A DNA stretch of 64,000 nt from the NCBI GenBank assembly GCA_041494685.1, contig JBGQBE010000001.1, forward strand, positions 62,001-126,000, given 5' to 3'. Both the position numbers and the translations under genes were made by a program. Within the stretch, counting starts at the first letter, position 1. Each line of letters opens with the position of its first letter. Source of the stretch: Dehalococcoidia bacterium. Its GTDB lineage: Bacteria > Chloroflexota > Dehalococcoidia > DSTF01 > JACRBR01. Below the pieces are notes generated by a model, which saw only the letters and a program-made list of their open reading frames with translations, was not told where the DNA came from and ran no database searches. This document shows positions 1 through 9,818 of this stretch, one piece after another.

Positions 1-586
1 CAAGGACCTGCGGACCGCCGTCATCGCTTTCGTGCTGTTCAGCGCGTTCCTCGGACTCGCGTATCCGTACGCGATCACCGGCGTGGCGCAAGCAGTCTTC
101 CACCGGCAGGCGAACGGCAGCCTCATAGAGCGCGACGGCCAGGCGGTCGGCTCGTCGCTGGTGGGGCAGAACTTCAGCGACCCGAAGTACTTCCACCCGC
201 GGCCTTCGGCGGCCGGCGCGGACGGCTATGACGCCAGCGCGTCCTCCGGCTCGAACCTCGGCCCCTCAAGCCAGGTACTCGCCGATCGGGTGGCCGGCGC
301 CGTCCAGAAGGTCCGCGACGAGAACGCACTGGCTGCGGACGCAAAGCTGCCCGTCGACGCGGTCACCACCTCGGCGAGCGGGCTGGATCCGCACATCTCG
401 CCGGCGTACGCCGAGCTTCAGGTGGCGCGCGTGGCGCAGGTGCGGGGCATCTCGGAGGACGCGGTACGAACGCTCGTAGAGAAGTACACGGACGGCTCAA
501 CCTTGGGCGTGCTCGGCGAGCCACGCGTGAACGTGCTTCGACTGAACCTCGCGCTCGATGACCTGGCGAGTGGCCGGACGCAATAG
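1..586 (+). CDS. kdpC: K+-transporting ATPase subunit C (5' end outside window)
   Basis: YP..TG.AQ..F..QANGSL, GSSLVGQNF, YFHPRPSA, SSGSNLGP, TTSASGLDPHIS and GEPRVNVLRLNLALD motifs; frame is open from the window edge. Confidence 0.95.
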   Translation, partial: KDLRTAVIAFVLFSAFLGLAYPYAITGVAQAVFHRQANGSLIERDGQAVGSSLVGQNFSDPKYFHPRPSAAGADGYDASASSGSNLGPSSQVLADRVAGAVQKVRDENALAADAKLPVDAVTTSASGLDPHISPAYAELQVARVAQVRGISEDAVRTLVEKYTDGSTLGVLGEPRVNVLRLNLALDDLASGRTQ

Positions 587-595
587 ACTGCGTGA

Positions 596-1003
596 ATGAA
601 AGCCGATGTCATGAATGAGGTGGTCATCCTGAGCAGAGACGAAGCCGCGCTGATGGAGCTGGCGGTGGCCTTCCGGGGCACTCCGTATGAGATCACCGCC
701 GTAGAGCCAGCTCGAGCGATGCCCGCCGCGACACGGTTGGCGCGGCGACGGCCCGCGGCGATGGTCGTCTCGCTCGACGGGAAGGAGAACCTCGCCGAGA
801 TACGAGCGCTCCTTTCGGCGTCGCCGCTCACGCGCTTCCTGTTCCTCGTGCCGGGGATGCCTCCGAGCGCGGCGTTGTCTCGCGTCGTGAATGCATCCGG
901 GGCGTCGATTCTCGCGGCCGCCGAAGCGCCCATCGTCGTTGTCGCCACGCTGGTCGCGCTGCTTGCCAGAGACGGATCATCCGACCACGGTGGTGTCCTG
1001 TGA
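596..1003 (+). CDS. hypothetical protein, possibly degenerate receiver-like alpha/beta domain
   Basis: 135 aa ORF tightly packed between kdpC and kdpD (GTGA overlap). Confidence 0.6.
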   Translation: MKADVMNEVVILSRDEAALMELAVAFRGTPYEITAVEPARAMPAATRLARRRPAAMVVSLDGKENLAEIRALLSASPLTRFLFLVPGMPPSAALSRVVNASGASILAAAEAPIVVVATLVALLARDGSSDHGGVL

Positions 1004-2130
1004 CGGAAGGCGGCCGGCCCGACCCCGACGCTCTGCTTGCCCAGATCAAGCGCACTGAGCGTGCGCCCGACGGCCGGGGCAGGCTGCGCATCTTCCTCGG
1101 CGCGTTCCCCGGCGTCGGCAAGACGTACACCATGCTGAACGAGGCACACCGCCGGCGCTCGTACGGCGAGGATGTAGTCGTGGGGTTCGTGGAGACGCAC
1201 GGCCGGAAAGCGACACAGGCCATGGTCGAAGGCCTGGAAGTTATCCCACGCAAGCGGATCGAGTACAGGGGCGTGGTGATCGAAGAGCTCGACGTTGAGG
1301 GCGTACGGCGTCGGCACCCGGCCGTCTGCCTGGTCGATGAACTCGCGCACACCAACCCGCCCGGCTCCGAGCGCGAAAAGCGCTACGAAGACGTCGAGCT
1401 GATCCTGGACGCCGGCATCAACGTCGTGACCACGCTCAACATCCAGCACATCGAGAGCCTCAACGACAGAGTCGAGGCGCTGACCGGTGTCCGCGTCCGC
1501 GAAACGATCCCCGACCGCGTGGTCGATGACGCCGACGAAATCATCCTCATCGACCTGACGCCCGAGGGCGCGCGCGCTCGCATGGAGCACGGGCACATCT
1601 ATCCTCCGGCGCAGGCCGCCGCCGCCCTCCAGAACTTCTTCAAGCCCCAGAACCTCGCCGCGCTCCGCGAGCTCGCCCTGCGCCGCACGGCGCAGGAGGT
1701 CGATGAGCAACTCGACGAGTACATGCGCGAATCGGCCAAACAGCGCGTCGACGTCGAGGATCACGTGCTCGTCTTCATCGGCCCATCCGCGTTCTCTCGC
1801 ACGCTGATCCGGCGTGGTTGGCGCATTGCCCAGGGATTGCGGGCCGACCTGCTGGTCGCCTATCTCCGGCGCGAGATGAGCGAGCAGGAGCAAGCGGAGC
1901 TGGCGCGCACGCTCGAGCTCGCCGAGGACCTCAACGCACGCTTGTGCCCGCTGGACGGCGAGAACGAGGCCGCGGCGCTTGAAGGCTTCATCGCAGCTGA
2001 AGGGGTGAACCACCTTGTCCTGAAACACCGCAAACGCGGCGGTGTCGCCCGACTGCTCAAACGTTCGCTCCCGGACCAGCTCATGCTTGCCCTGCCGGCG
2101 CTCGACGTGCATTTGATCGCGGAGCCGTGA
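1000..2130 (+). CDS. kdpD: KdpD N-terminal sensor domain plus USP domain (no TM or kinase part)
   Basis: GRLRIFLGAFPGVGKTYTML, VGFVETHGR, LVDELAHTN, TTLNIQHIESLND, NFF...LAALRELALR. Confidence 0.9.
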   Translation: MTEGGRPDPDALLAQIKRTERAPDGRGRLRIFLGAFPGVGKTYTMLNEAHRRRSYGEDVVVGFVETHGRKATQAMVEGLEVIPRKRIEYRGVVIEELDVEGVRRRHPAVCLVDELAHTNPPGSEREKRYEDVELILDAGINVVTTLNIQHIESLNDRVEALTGVRVRETIPDRVVDDADEIILIDLTPEGARARMEHGHIYPPAQAAAALQNFFKPQNLAALRELALRRTAQEVDEQLDEYMRESAKQRVDVEDHVLVFIGPSAFSRTLIRRGWRIAQGLRADLLVAYLRREMSEQEQAELARTLELAEDLNARLCPLDGENEAAALEGFIAAEGVNHLVLKHRKRGGVARLLKRSLPDQLMLALPALDVHLIAEP

Positions 2131-2291
2131 CGCAGCCACGCCGGCGACCTCGCGTCTGCGTTCGTCACACACGACGCGAATATCGTGTGCGCCTACACTA
2201 GAAGATGGTCTCGCTTCACGGATTGGGCGCGAGAGAGCGCCGCCCGCCGCCGGTCGCGTAACGCCTCCCACCGGCGGACGTTCTCCCTTAT

Positions 2292-2768
2292 GTGAACCGC
2301 ATCGCCCACGACGGCACCCTGCTCGCTGACGCGCCGGCCGCGAGCCCGGACGGCAGCCTGTACGCCCGCTGGCGGACCGGGCCGACGTACCGGCTCGTCA
2401 ACCTCGCCGGCGACCCGCCGGCGTGGCAGTCCGTCGACCTCGATCTCCTGGAGTTGCTCGTCTTCGATCAGTGCCTGGTGTTCGGCGCTGCCTATCCCGG
2501 CACCGGACTCACGCTCGACGCCATCGCGCGCCGGGACGCCGTCGTGCGCCAGGCGCGCGACACGATCTCGGCGCTGTACCGCGCGTTCGCGGGACGAGTC
2601 AGCGTCGACCGCCGGCTTCAACTGCTGCGCGACGTCGCGCACGCCGTCGCGGGCGGCGCAGGGTCCGCGGGCTCGCTGCTGCCCTTCCGCGCGTACGACC
2701 CGGAGCCAGCCGTCGTGGCCGCCGCGCTGACAGCCGGCGCTCGCCTCGCTGCCACCGCTGACGGCTGA
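2292..2768 (+). CDS. hypothetical protein
   Basis: 158 aa ORF with host-like codon usage, convergent with the next gene. Confidence 0.55.
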   Translation: MNRIAHDGTLLADAPAASPDGSLYARWRTGPTYRLVNLAGDPPAWQSVDLDLLELLVFDQCLVFGAAYPGTGLTLDAIARRDAVVRQARDTISALYRAFAGRVSVDRRLQLLRDVAHAVAGGAGSAGSLLPFRAYDPEPAVVAAALTAGARLAATADG

Positions 2769-2793
2769 CCCGCGGTCGCCGCCGCATCATCCC

Positions 2794-3387
2794 CTACGCC
2801 GACATCGCCGCCTGGTAGCCGCGCACGAACGGATTGTCCAGCCACGCGACGATCTCCGGATCCTCGGCGCGCTCCGGCAGCGCCTTGATCATGTCCGCTA
2901 CGTGGATCGGGTCGTGCTGCGCCCAGCCGCCCAGGAACAGCTTCAGCGGGAAGTCCGCCGCACCGCGCTTCGCGTCGCCGGAGAAGTGCATCGGCTTCTC
3001 GATCTGCTCGTCGGTCAGACGTGACATGGCCTCGATCAGCCGCGCCCGGTTCTCGTGCGCCTCGCTGAAGATGCGCGCCAGCGGCCAGTCGCGCCGCTGC
3101 TCCACCTGTTCGTCGTTGAAGGCGTCCACGTCGAACGGCTGCCCGTCGCCGTCCACGCCCGCGCTCTGGTCGATCGCGCCGCCCTCGGCCGCCGACTCGA
3201 ACCAGCGCAGCAGCGCGGTGTCCAGCGTGTCCAGGTGCGCCGCGAAGTCGCGCACGACCCACGTACTGCCCGGCACCGGCCGCATCAGCTGTTCCTCCGT
3301 CAGCGAGTAGCAGAACGCCTCGAAGCGCTCACGGTTCTCGCGGATCGCGTCGATGACGCTCTGGATCGCCTGACTCTGCACTGCCAC
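2794..3387 (-). CDS. DinB / maleylpyruvate-isomerase-N-like protein
   Basis: WVVRDFAAHL and HDPIH motifs; GGAGGAG RBS before GTG at 3387. Confidence 0.75.
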   Translation of the reverse strand: MAVQSQAIQSVIDAIRENRERFEAFCYSLTEEQLMRPVPGSTWVVRDFAAHLDTLDTALLRWFESAAEGGAIDQSAGVDGDGQPFDVDAFNDEQVEQRRDWPLARIFSEAHENRARLIEAMSRLTDEQIEKPMHFSGDAKRGAADFPLKLFLGGWAQHDPIHVADMIKALPERAEDPEIVAWLDNPFVRGYQAAMSA

Positions 3388-3389
3388 GC

Positions 3390-3546
3390 TCAACTCTCCT
3401 CCAGCGGGGCCGCGTCGTCGCCCGCCGCCACCTCGCCCTCGACCAACACGGTGCCGTACACGCCGAAGACACGCTCCTTCGCGCGCACGCGCTCGACACG
3501 GCGCCATCTACGTCACCGGCGCGACGTAGATGCTTCGGTGCGCAAC
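3390..3546 (-). pseudogene. probable MOSC-domain gene remnant
   Basis: Fragments IYVAPV (then TAG) and, in another frame, FGVYGTVLVEGEVAAGD..*, resembling MOSC N- and C-termini. Confidence 0.4.
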
Positions 3547-3665
3547 GGCCCCGGGACTCCGTCCCTGCGATCGATTCTGCGCGTGTCGCGCGTATGGAGC
3601 AAGCGCGCTTGCGGCTACGCACGCCCCGTGGGAGACTCGCCCCGCACCGTGAAGGAGGTAGCGCT

Positions 3666-4517
3666 ATGGGAAAGCTCGATGGCAAGTGCGTCGTGGTTAC
3701 CGGTACCAGCCGCGGCATCGGCGCGGAGATCGCAAGGCTGTTCGCAGCGGAGGGCGGCCGTGTGGTCTGCGCCGCGCGCACCCTGAAGGAGGGCGACCAC
3801 CCGTACGAAGGCTCGCTCGAGAAGACCGTGAGCGACATCCGCGCCGCCGGAGGCGAGGCGGCGCCAGTCGCGGTCGATCTCTCGATCGAGGAGGACTGCC
3901 TGCGGCTGGTCAGCGAGGCCCGCGCGGCCTATGGGCCGGTCGATGTGCTGGTGAACAACGCCGCGCTCACCTACTTCATCCCGATCAAGGACTACCCGAC
4001 GAGCCGCTGGATGCGGTCGTGGGCGGTGAACTTCCACGCGCCGTTCATCCTCAGCCGCGAGGTCCTGCGGGACATGGTGCCGCGCGGCAGCGGCGCCATC
4101 GTCAACATCTCCTCCGGCGCGGCCATCGGCCCCGGCCGCGGCCCTTACAAGAACGCGATGCTGCGTGGCGGCACCTGCTACGGCGCCGAGAAGGCGGCAC
4201 TGGAGCGCCTTACGCAGGGCCTGGCGCAGGAAGTACAGGAGTACGGCGTGTCCGTCACCGGCTTCTCCCCGTCGCAGGTCGTGCCGACGCCGGGCACCGT
4301 GCACCACCACCTCGTCAGCGGCCTGGACGATCCGCGCGGCGAACCGCCCGCGATCATGGCGCAGGCGGCCCTGTTGCTGGCGACGGAGCCGCTGGAGAAG
4401 GTGACGGGACGCGTCACGTACAGCCAGCAGATCCTCAAGGAGTTCGGCCAGCTCGATGGCGCGCGGGGCATCGGCGTCGACCCGGCGATGAAGGGCTCCG
4501 GCTACAGCCAGATCTAG
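3666..4517 (+). CDS. short-chain dehydrogenase/reductase
   Basis: TGTSRGIG, DVLVNNAA, IVNISS, YGAEK; AAGGAGGT RBS. Confidence 0.92.
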   Translation: MGKLDGKCVVVTGTSRGIGAEIARLFAAEGGRVVCAARTLKEGDHPYEGSLEKTVSDIRAAGGEAAPVAVDLSIEEDCLRLVSEARAAYGPVDVLVNNAALTYFIPIKDYPTSRWMRSWAVNFHAPFILSREVLRDMVPRGSGAIVNISSGAAIGPGRGPYKNAMLRGGTCYGAEKAALERLTQGLAQEVQEYGVSVTGFSPSQVVPTPGTVHHHLVSGLDDPRGEPPAIMAQAALLLATEPLEKVTGRVTYSQQILKEFGQLDGARGIGVDPAMKGSGYSQI

Positions 4518-4578
4518 CGGACCGACGCAGAGGCCCTCGACCAGCAGCAGCCATGAACCAACGGCTCGCGGCGCAACC

Positions 4579-4782
4579 CTACGCGCAGCGATGCATGCCG
4601 AACACCAGTGCCTGCTTGCCGACGTCGCCGATCGTGATCTTGTTATCGCCTGTCTGGTCGTAGGAGGCGGGGGCCGGCGGCACGTCCTGCCCGAACCACA
4701 GTGCGACCTTGCCCAGGTCGCTGATGCTCACCACACCGTCGCCCGTTACGTCGGCCCTGGCAATCGCCGCACACTGCGCCGC
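4579..4782 (-). repeat. 204-bp dockerin-coding repeat, copy 1 (inverted relative to 9370-9573)
   Basis: 60 of 67 aa identical to copy 2, with high nucleotide similarity. Confidence 0.9.
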
Positions 4783-5502
4783 GGGGACCACGGTCACCAC
4801 CGCGCCCACGCAGGTTTCCGTGTTCTTGCTCGCGTCGGCGTAGCCGCACGAGATGGTCGGGGTGAATCCCGTGCTGTCCCCGACCGCCGCGTTGGCGATC
4901 GTCACGTTCACCGGCCCGCCCGTCGCGCCGACCGGCACCGTGTAGTGCACGACGGCCATCAGCATCGGCGCCGCCGTCGTCACCGGCCCGGCGGCCACAG
5001 TGAAGCACGATATGAACGAGTCTGTGATCGGCGGTACGCCCACGCCCGGCGGCGTGTCAGTCGGCCCCAGATTCGGATTCACCGGTGGCAGCGAGCAGTC
5101 CCACGAGCCCAGCGCGCCGATCGGCCCCGTCTCGTCGAAGTCCGGGTCTCCGTTCAGCGCCGGCGCGCTCGTGCAGGCCGCCACTGTCGTGCACGGGTTC
5201 GGATTCAGCCGCGACCGCTGGTCGCCCAGTATGTCGAAGTTGAACGAGCTGACGTCAAAGCCGCTGTTGCCGGAGTCGCCGTAGTACACGCCTATGTCCA
5301 CCGCCGTGCCCGCCACGTTCGGCACCATGCACGCGTCCTGGATCCCCGGCGTCGCCAAGTCGCAGTCCAGCGCCACCCAGCGGCCCGCGGGCGCTGTAAA
5401 CGCGCTCGCCATCCCCGACCGGGACAGGCTCGGCACCGCCAACGACACCGCGAGCAACAGGCCCAGCGTCAGCGCCCCCACCCAGGCTCTGTGCGTCTTC
5501 AG
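4579..5502 (-). CDS. secreted protein, cohesin-like beta domain plus C-terminal dockerin-like module
   Basis: Signal peptide; C-terminal DVTGDGVVSISDL...DQTGDNKITIGDV; start is either GTG 5481 or CTG 5502 after GGAGGT. Confidence 0.7.
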   Translation of the reverse strand: MKTHRAWVGALTLGLLLAVSLAVPSLSRSGMASAFTAPAGRWVALDCDLATPGIQDACMVPNVAGTAVDIGVYYGDSGNSGFDVSSFNFDILGDQRSRLNPNPCTTVAACTSAPALNGDPDFDETGPIGALGSWDCSLPPVNPNLGPTDTPPGVGVPPITDSFISCFTVAAGPVTTAAPMLMAVVHYTVPVGATGGPVNVTIANAAVGDSTGFTPTISCGYADASKNTETCVGAVVTVVPAAQCAAIARADVTGDGVVSISDLGKVALWFGQDVPPAPASYDQTGDNKITIGDVGKQALVFGMHRCA

Positions 5503-5946
5503 GCGTACCTCCCTGAGTTTCTGCGATGCGACCGTCAGCCGGCCGTGCCAGCGCGACTCCGTTTGTCAACTAGAGGGTTCCGGCGGCGGGAGGTCACGGA
5601 CGGGCCGCAGAACGGGCGCGGTTGATCCGTCTCTCAGTCGCAGGTTTCATGCCCGACGTCAACCGCCGGCCGCACGTCACGCGCGACGATGAACCATAGC
5701 ATGAGGGCGTTTCCCTGCGAATCTACAACGATCGAGCGTCCGTCAAGTTTTGCCCCGCGTCGGGTACCGTTTCCGGCGGGCGGACGCTGGCGAGTATGAA
5801 TATGCTAATCCACGGGGGCAATACTCTTGTGGGGCCAAACGTTCACAGGATAGGATCGGCTGCACCCCAAGGGAGAAATGGCGCGCGCATCCCGCTGCGC
5901 CGTCCGTACCGAATACCCCGCACGTCGCTGCCGAGGCGGAGAAGCC

Positions 5947-8900
5947 GTGAAACGTCTTCAGCTCCCGCTGTTCATTGCCGTGTGCGCGTGTGCCATCGCG
6001 CTCGCGCCGCTGCGTCCGCACTCCGCCGCCGCCGCGAACGGCACGTGGAGCGGCACCTACTACAACACGACCACGCTCAGCGGGCCCATCGCCCTCTCGC
6101 GCGACGATGGCGCCACCCTGAACTTCACCTGGCCCGGCTCGCCCGGACCCGGCGTCAACGCCGACAGCTGGTCGGCAAGCTGGTCCAAGACCGACACCTT
6201 CACCGCCGGCACGTTCCGCTTCACCGCGACCGCCGACGACGGCGTACGCGTCTACGTCGACGGGACCAAGATCATCGACGGCTGGGTGGATCAGAACCCG
6301 ACCACGTACACGGCGGACTACGCGGTCACGGCCGGCTCACACACGATCAAAGTCGACTACTACGACCACCTGAATGGCGCCCAGATCAGCGTCTTCATCG
6401 CGCCCGCGCCGTCGAACCCGGGCTGGCTCGGACAGTACTGGAGCAACCAGAACCTCTCGGGCCTGCCCGTGCTGACGCGCACCGACCCCGATGTCTACTT
6501 CGACTGGATCCTTGCCTCGCCCGGGCCCGGCGTGCCCGTGGACAACTGGAGCGCCCGCTGGACGTCGATCATCAACTTCCAGGCCGGCGTCTACCAGTTC
6601 ACGACCTGGAGCGACGACGGCGCCCGCGTCTTCGTCGACGGCGTGCCGGTGCTCAACTTCTGGGTTGACCAGACCGTCACCACGCACACCACGTTCGCGA
6701 ACATGACCGCCGGGCCGCATACCGTCGTGGTGGAGTACTACGACGATCTCTACGACGCGAAGATGCGCTTCAGCTACATGTTCGTGCCGCAGGGCGGATT
6801 CGTCGCCGACACCGTCGCGGCGGGCCTGGATACGCCGACGGCCTTCGCCTTCGCGCCCGACGGCCGCGTCTTCATCGCCGAAAAGCCCGGCATCGTACGT
6901 GTCGTGAAGAACGGCGCGCTGCTGACGACTCCCTTCTACACGGTCCCGAACGTCAACAACTTCCACGACCGCGGCCTGCTGGGCATCGCGCTCGACCCGA
7001 ACTTCGCCTCCAACGGCTACGTCTATCTCTCGTACACATACGACAACAACCCGGCGAACATCGGCGCCGCGAAAACGGACCAGATCATCCGCGTCACGGC
7101 CAGCGGCGACACGGCGCTCGCCAACAGCCAGTTCGTCCTTGCCGGCAGCGTCGTCGGCTCCGCCGCCCAGCCATCCTGCGAGAACCTGCCGCTGACCGCC
7201 GACTGCATCCCCACCGACGGTGACAGCCACTCGATGGGTTCGCTGCACTTTGGCCCCGATGGCATGCTCTACGCCGCCGTCGGCGACGGCGCGAGCTACT
7301 TCAGCGTCGATCCGCTCGCGCTGCGCGCGCAGGACGTGAACCGCTACCCCGGCAAGATCTTGCGCCTCAACCCTCAGAATGGCCAGGGCCTGCCCGACAA
7401 CCCCTTCGCCATCTGCAACCCGTCATGCGACCTCACCAGCACGCGGTCGAAAGTCTGGGCGCTGGGCGTGCGCAACGACTTCCGCTTCAACTTCAACCCA
7501 GCCACCGGCGTCATCGTCAGCGGCGACGTGGGCTGGGACACCTGGGAGGAGCTGAACCGGATCGCGAAGGGCGCGAACCTGGGTTGGCCCTGCTACGAGG
7601 GCGTCGCGCAGCAGCCCGGTTATGCTGCTTTCGCGCAGTGCCAGAGTCTGTACTCCGCGGGCGGCGTCACGCCGCCCATCTACCAGTACGGGCACGCGAA
7701 TCCGGGCGGCGAAGCCGCCATCGGCGGAGGCTTCACGGGGACAAACAACAGCTACGGCGTGCCCTTCCAGAACGCCTACTGGTTCGCCGATTACGCCCAG
7801 AACACCATCTCCGTCGCCAAGCTCGATGCGTCGGATCAGATCCTGGCCGGCAGCATGAGCAACATCACCAACTCCGCCGACGGCCCGGTCGATCTCGAGA
7901 CGGCGCCGAACGGCGACGTCTACTACCTCGCCATCAACACGGGAGAGTTGCGCCACCTGACCTACTACGGCGGCAACCGCCCGCCCGCCGCCGTGGCGAC
8001 GTCTGACAAGACGGCCGGCACCGCCCCGCTCACGGTGCAGTTCAACGGCGCGGCCTCCAGTGACCCAGATAGCAACCCTATCACCTACGACTGGGACTTC
8101 GGCGACGGCACGCCGCATGACACCGCCGTCAACCCATCGCACGTCTACACCGTCAACGGCGCTTACACGGCGCGACTGACCGTGAGCGACGGTGCGCTCA
8201 CCAACGCCGCCACGATCGCCATCACCGTCGGCAACCAGCCGCCGACCGCTACGATCACCTCGCCTGCCGCCGGCTCGCACTACGACATCGGCGACACGAT
8301 CACCGTCACCGGCACGGGATTCGATCCCGAGACCGGCAACCTGCCGCCGGCGAACCTGGCATGGAGCGTCGTCCTCAACCACTGCACCGACGTGACGTTG
8401 CTGACCTGCCACACGCACCCGCACCTCACGGCGACCGGCGCCAGCGCCACGTTCTTGGTCACCGACCACGGCGACTTCACCAGCTTCGACATCTTCCTCA
8501 CCGCCACGGACGGCGTACTCACGACGACGACCAAGATCAACATCTCGCCGAACACCGTCAACGCGACCTTCACGTCCAACCAGGCCGGCGTAAGCCTCAC
8601 CGTGGATAGCGGCAGTCAGGTCGTGCCGTTCACCCACACCGTGCCCCGTAAGTCCGCGCACGTCATCTGCGCGCCCTCACCGCAGACCATCGGCGGTACC
8701 GCGTACCAGTTCAGCGCCTGGTCCGACGGTGGCGCCGGCTGCCCCAGCGCCGCGCCGCTCCACACGATCACGGTCACCGCCGACACCACGTACACCGCCA
8801 CGTTCGTCCTGGCGCCGACGCCCACACCCACGCCGACCAATACGGCGACAGCGACCAACACGCCGCTGCCGACGGACACGCCTATCGGCCTGGGCGGCAC

Positions 8901-9573
8901 GTTGACGCCGCTGCCAACGGACACACCCGCGCCGCCGACGAACACCGCCGTCCCGGCGGCCACGAATACGCCCGTACCCCCGACGGCCACACCGGTGCCG
9001 CCGACGAGCACCGCCGTCCCGACGGCCACGAATACGCCGGTACCGCCAACGGCCACGCCGACGCCCGTGCCGCCCACTGCCACGAACACCCCGTCACCGG
9101 TGCCGCCCACTGCCACGAACACGCCGCCGCCGACGGCCACACCCGTGCCGCCGACGAGCACCGCCGTGCCGACGGCCACGGACACGCCGGCCCCGACAGC
9201 CACGCCGATACCGCCGACCGACACTCCGACGAGTACCGCCGTCCCGACGGCCACCGATACGCCGGTACCCCCGACAGCCACGCCGGTGCCGCCGACCGCG
9301 ACCGACACGCCAGTACCGCCGACAGCGACCGACACGCCGGTGCCGCCCACCGCCACGAACACGCCGACCGCGGCGCAGTGCGCGGCGATTGCCCTGGCCG
9401 ACGTGTCGGGCGACGGTGTGGTGGCCATCGACGACCTGGGCAAGGTCGCGCTCTGGTTCGGCCAGACCGTGCCGCCGGCCCCCGCCTCCTACGACCAGAC
9501 CGGCGACAACAAGATCACGATCGGCGACCTCGGCAAGCAGGCACTGGTGTTCGAGATGCATCGCTGCGCGTAG
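5947..9573 (+). CDS. secreted multidomain protein: 2x PA14, PQQ-dependent sugar dehydrogenase (GSDH) propeller, PKD/Ig, Pro-Thr linker, dockerin-like tail
   Basis: ADDGVRVYVDG and SDDGARVFVDG (PA14); RGLLGIALDPNF, FGPDGMLY..VGD, GKILR, WALGVRN (GSDH); YDWDFGDG (PKD); PT repeats. Confidence 0.88.
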   Translation: MKRLQLPLFIAVCACAIALAPLRPHSAAAANGTWSGTYYNTTTLSGPIALSRDDGATLNFTWPGSPGPGVNADSWSASWSKTDTFTAGTFRFTATADDGVRVYVDGTKIIDGWVDQNPTTYTADYAVTAGSHTIKVDYYDHLNGAQISVFIAPAPSNPGWLGQYWSNQNLSGLPVLTRTDPDVYFDWILASPGPGVPVDNWSARWTSIINFQAGVYQFTTWSDDGARVFVDGVPVLNFWVDQTVTTHTTFANMTAGPHTVVVEYYDDLYDAKMRFSYMFVPQGGFVADTVAAGLDTPTAFAFAPDGRVFIAEKPGIVRVVKNGALLTTPFYTVPNVNNFHDRGLLGIALDPNFASNGYVYLSYTYDNNPANIGAAKTDQIIRVTASGDTALANSQFVLAGSVVGSAAQPSCENLPLTADCIPTDGDSHSMGSLHFGPDGMLYAAVGDGASYFSVDPLALRAQDVNRYPGKILRLNPQNGQGLPDNPFAICNPSCDLTSTRSKVWALGVRNDFRFNFNPATGVIVSGDVGWDTWEELNRIAKGANLGWPCYEGVAQQPGYAAFAQCQSLYSAGGVTPPIYQYGHANPGGEAAIGGGFTGTNNSYGVPFQNAYWFADYAQNTISVAKLDASDQILAGSMSNITNSADGPVDLETAPNGDVYYLAINTGELRHLTYYGGNRPPAAVATSDKTAGTAPLTVQFNGAASSDPDSNPITYDWDFGDGTPHDTAVNPSHVYTVNGAYTARLTVSDGALTNAATIAITVGNQPPTATITSPAAGSHYDIGDTITVTGTGFDPETGNLPPANLAWSVVLNHCTDVTLLTCHTHPHLTATGASATFLVTDHGDFTSFDIFLTATDGVLTTTTKINISPNTVNATFTSNQAGVSLTVDSGSQVVPFTHTVPRKSAHVICAPSPQTIGGTAYQFSAWSDGGAGCPSAAPLHTITVTADTTYTATFVLAPTPTPTPTNTATATNTPLPTDTPIGLGGTLTPLPTDTPAPPTNTAVPAATNTPVPPTATPVPPTSTAVPTATNTPVPPTATPTPVPPTATNTPSPVPPTATNTPPPTATPVPPTSTAVPTATDTPAPTATPIPPTDTPTSTAVPTATDTPVPPTATPVPPTATDTPVPPTATDTPVPPTATNTPTAAQCAAIALADVSGDGVVAIDDLGKVALWFGQTVPPAPASYDQTGDNKITIGDLGKQALVFEMHRCA
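8812..9369 (+). repeat. coding Pro/Thr tandem repeats (PPTATNTP / PPTSTAVP)
   Basis: Seen directly in the translation. Confidence 0.9.
9370..9573 (+). repeat. 204-bp dockerin-coding repeat, copy 2
   Basis: See copy 1. Confidence 0.9.
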
Positions 9574-9589
9574 CCCAACGTCCGGACAG

Positions 9590-9678
9590 TGGTACCGGGG
9601 GTGGGGCTCGAACCCACAAGCCGCCGAAGCGACGGCGGATTTTAAGTCCGCTGCGTTTGCCGATTTCGCCACCCCGGC
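9590..9678 (-). tRNA. tRNA-Leu (anticodon TAA)
   Basis: GCCGGGGTGGCGAAATCGGCAAACGCA-GCGGA CTTAAAA TCCGC-long variable arm-GTGGGTTCGAGCCCCAC-CCCCGGTACCA. Confidence 0.95.
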
Positions 9679-9818
9679 GCGCGCGATCCGCACCGCCGGG
9701 CGTGCCGGCGGAAGCGCGTCGAATATAACACGATCCGCCCGGATCCGAGGCACGGCGGCACCTCCCGCGTTCTGGCTGCTCAGCCATCGATCACGCACAC
9801 TGGTCTCGGGGAGGGCCG

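Noticed and set aside
5607..5666. Hairpin GCGGTTGA...TCAACCGC as a riboswitch or hammerhead ribozyme
   Set aside because: Stem is real but I could not match a full consensus core.
8812..9369. Tandem repeats as a CRISPR array
   Set aside because: In-frame Pro/Thr linker with no constant repeat-spacer structure and no cas genes.
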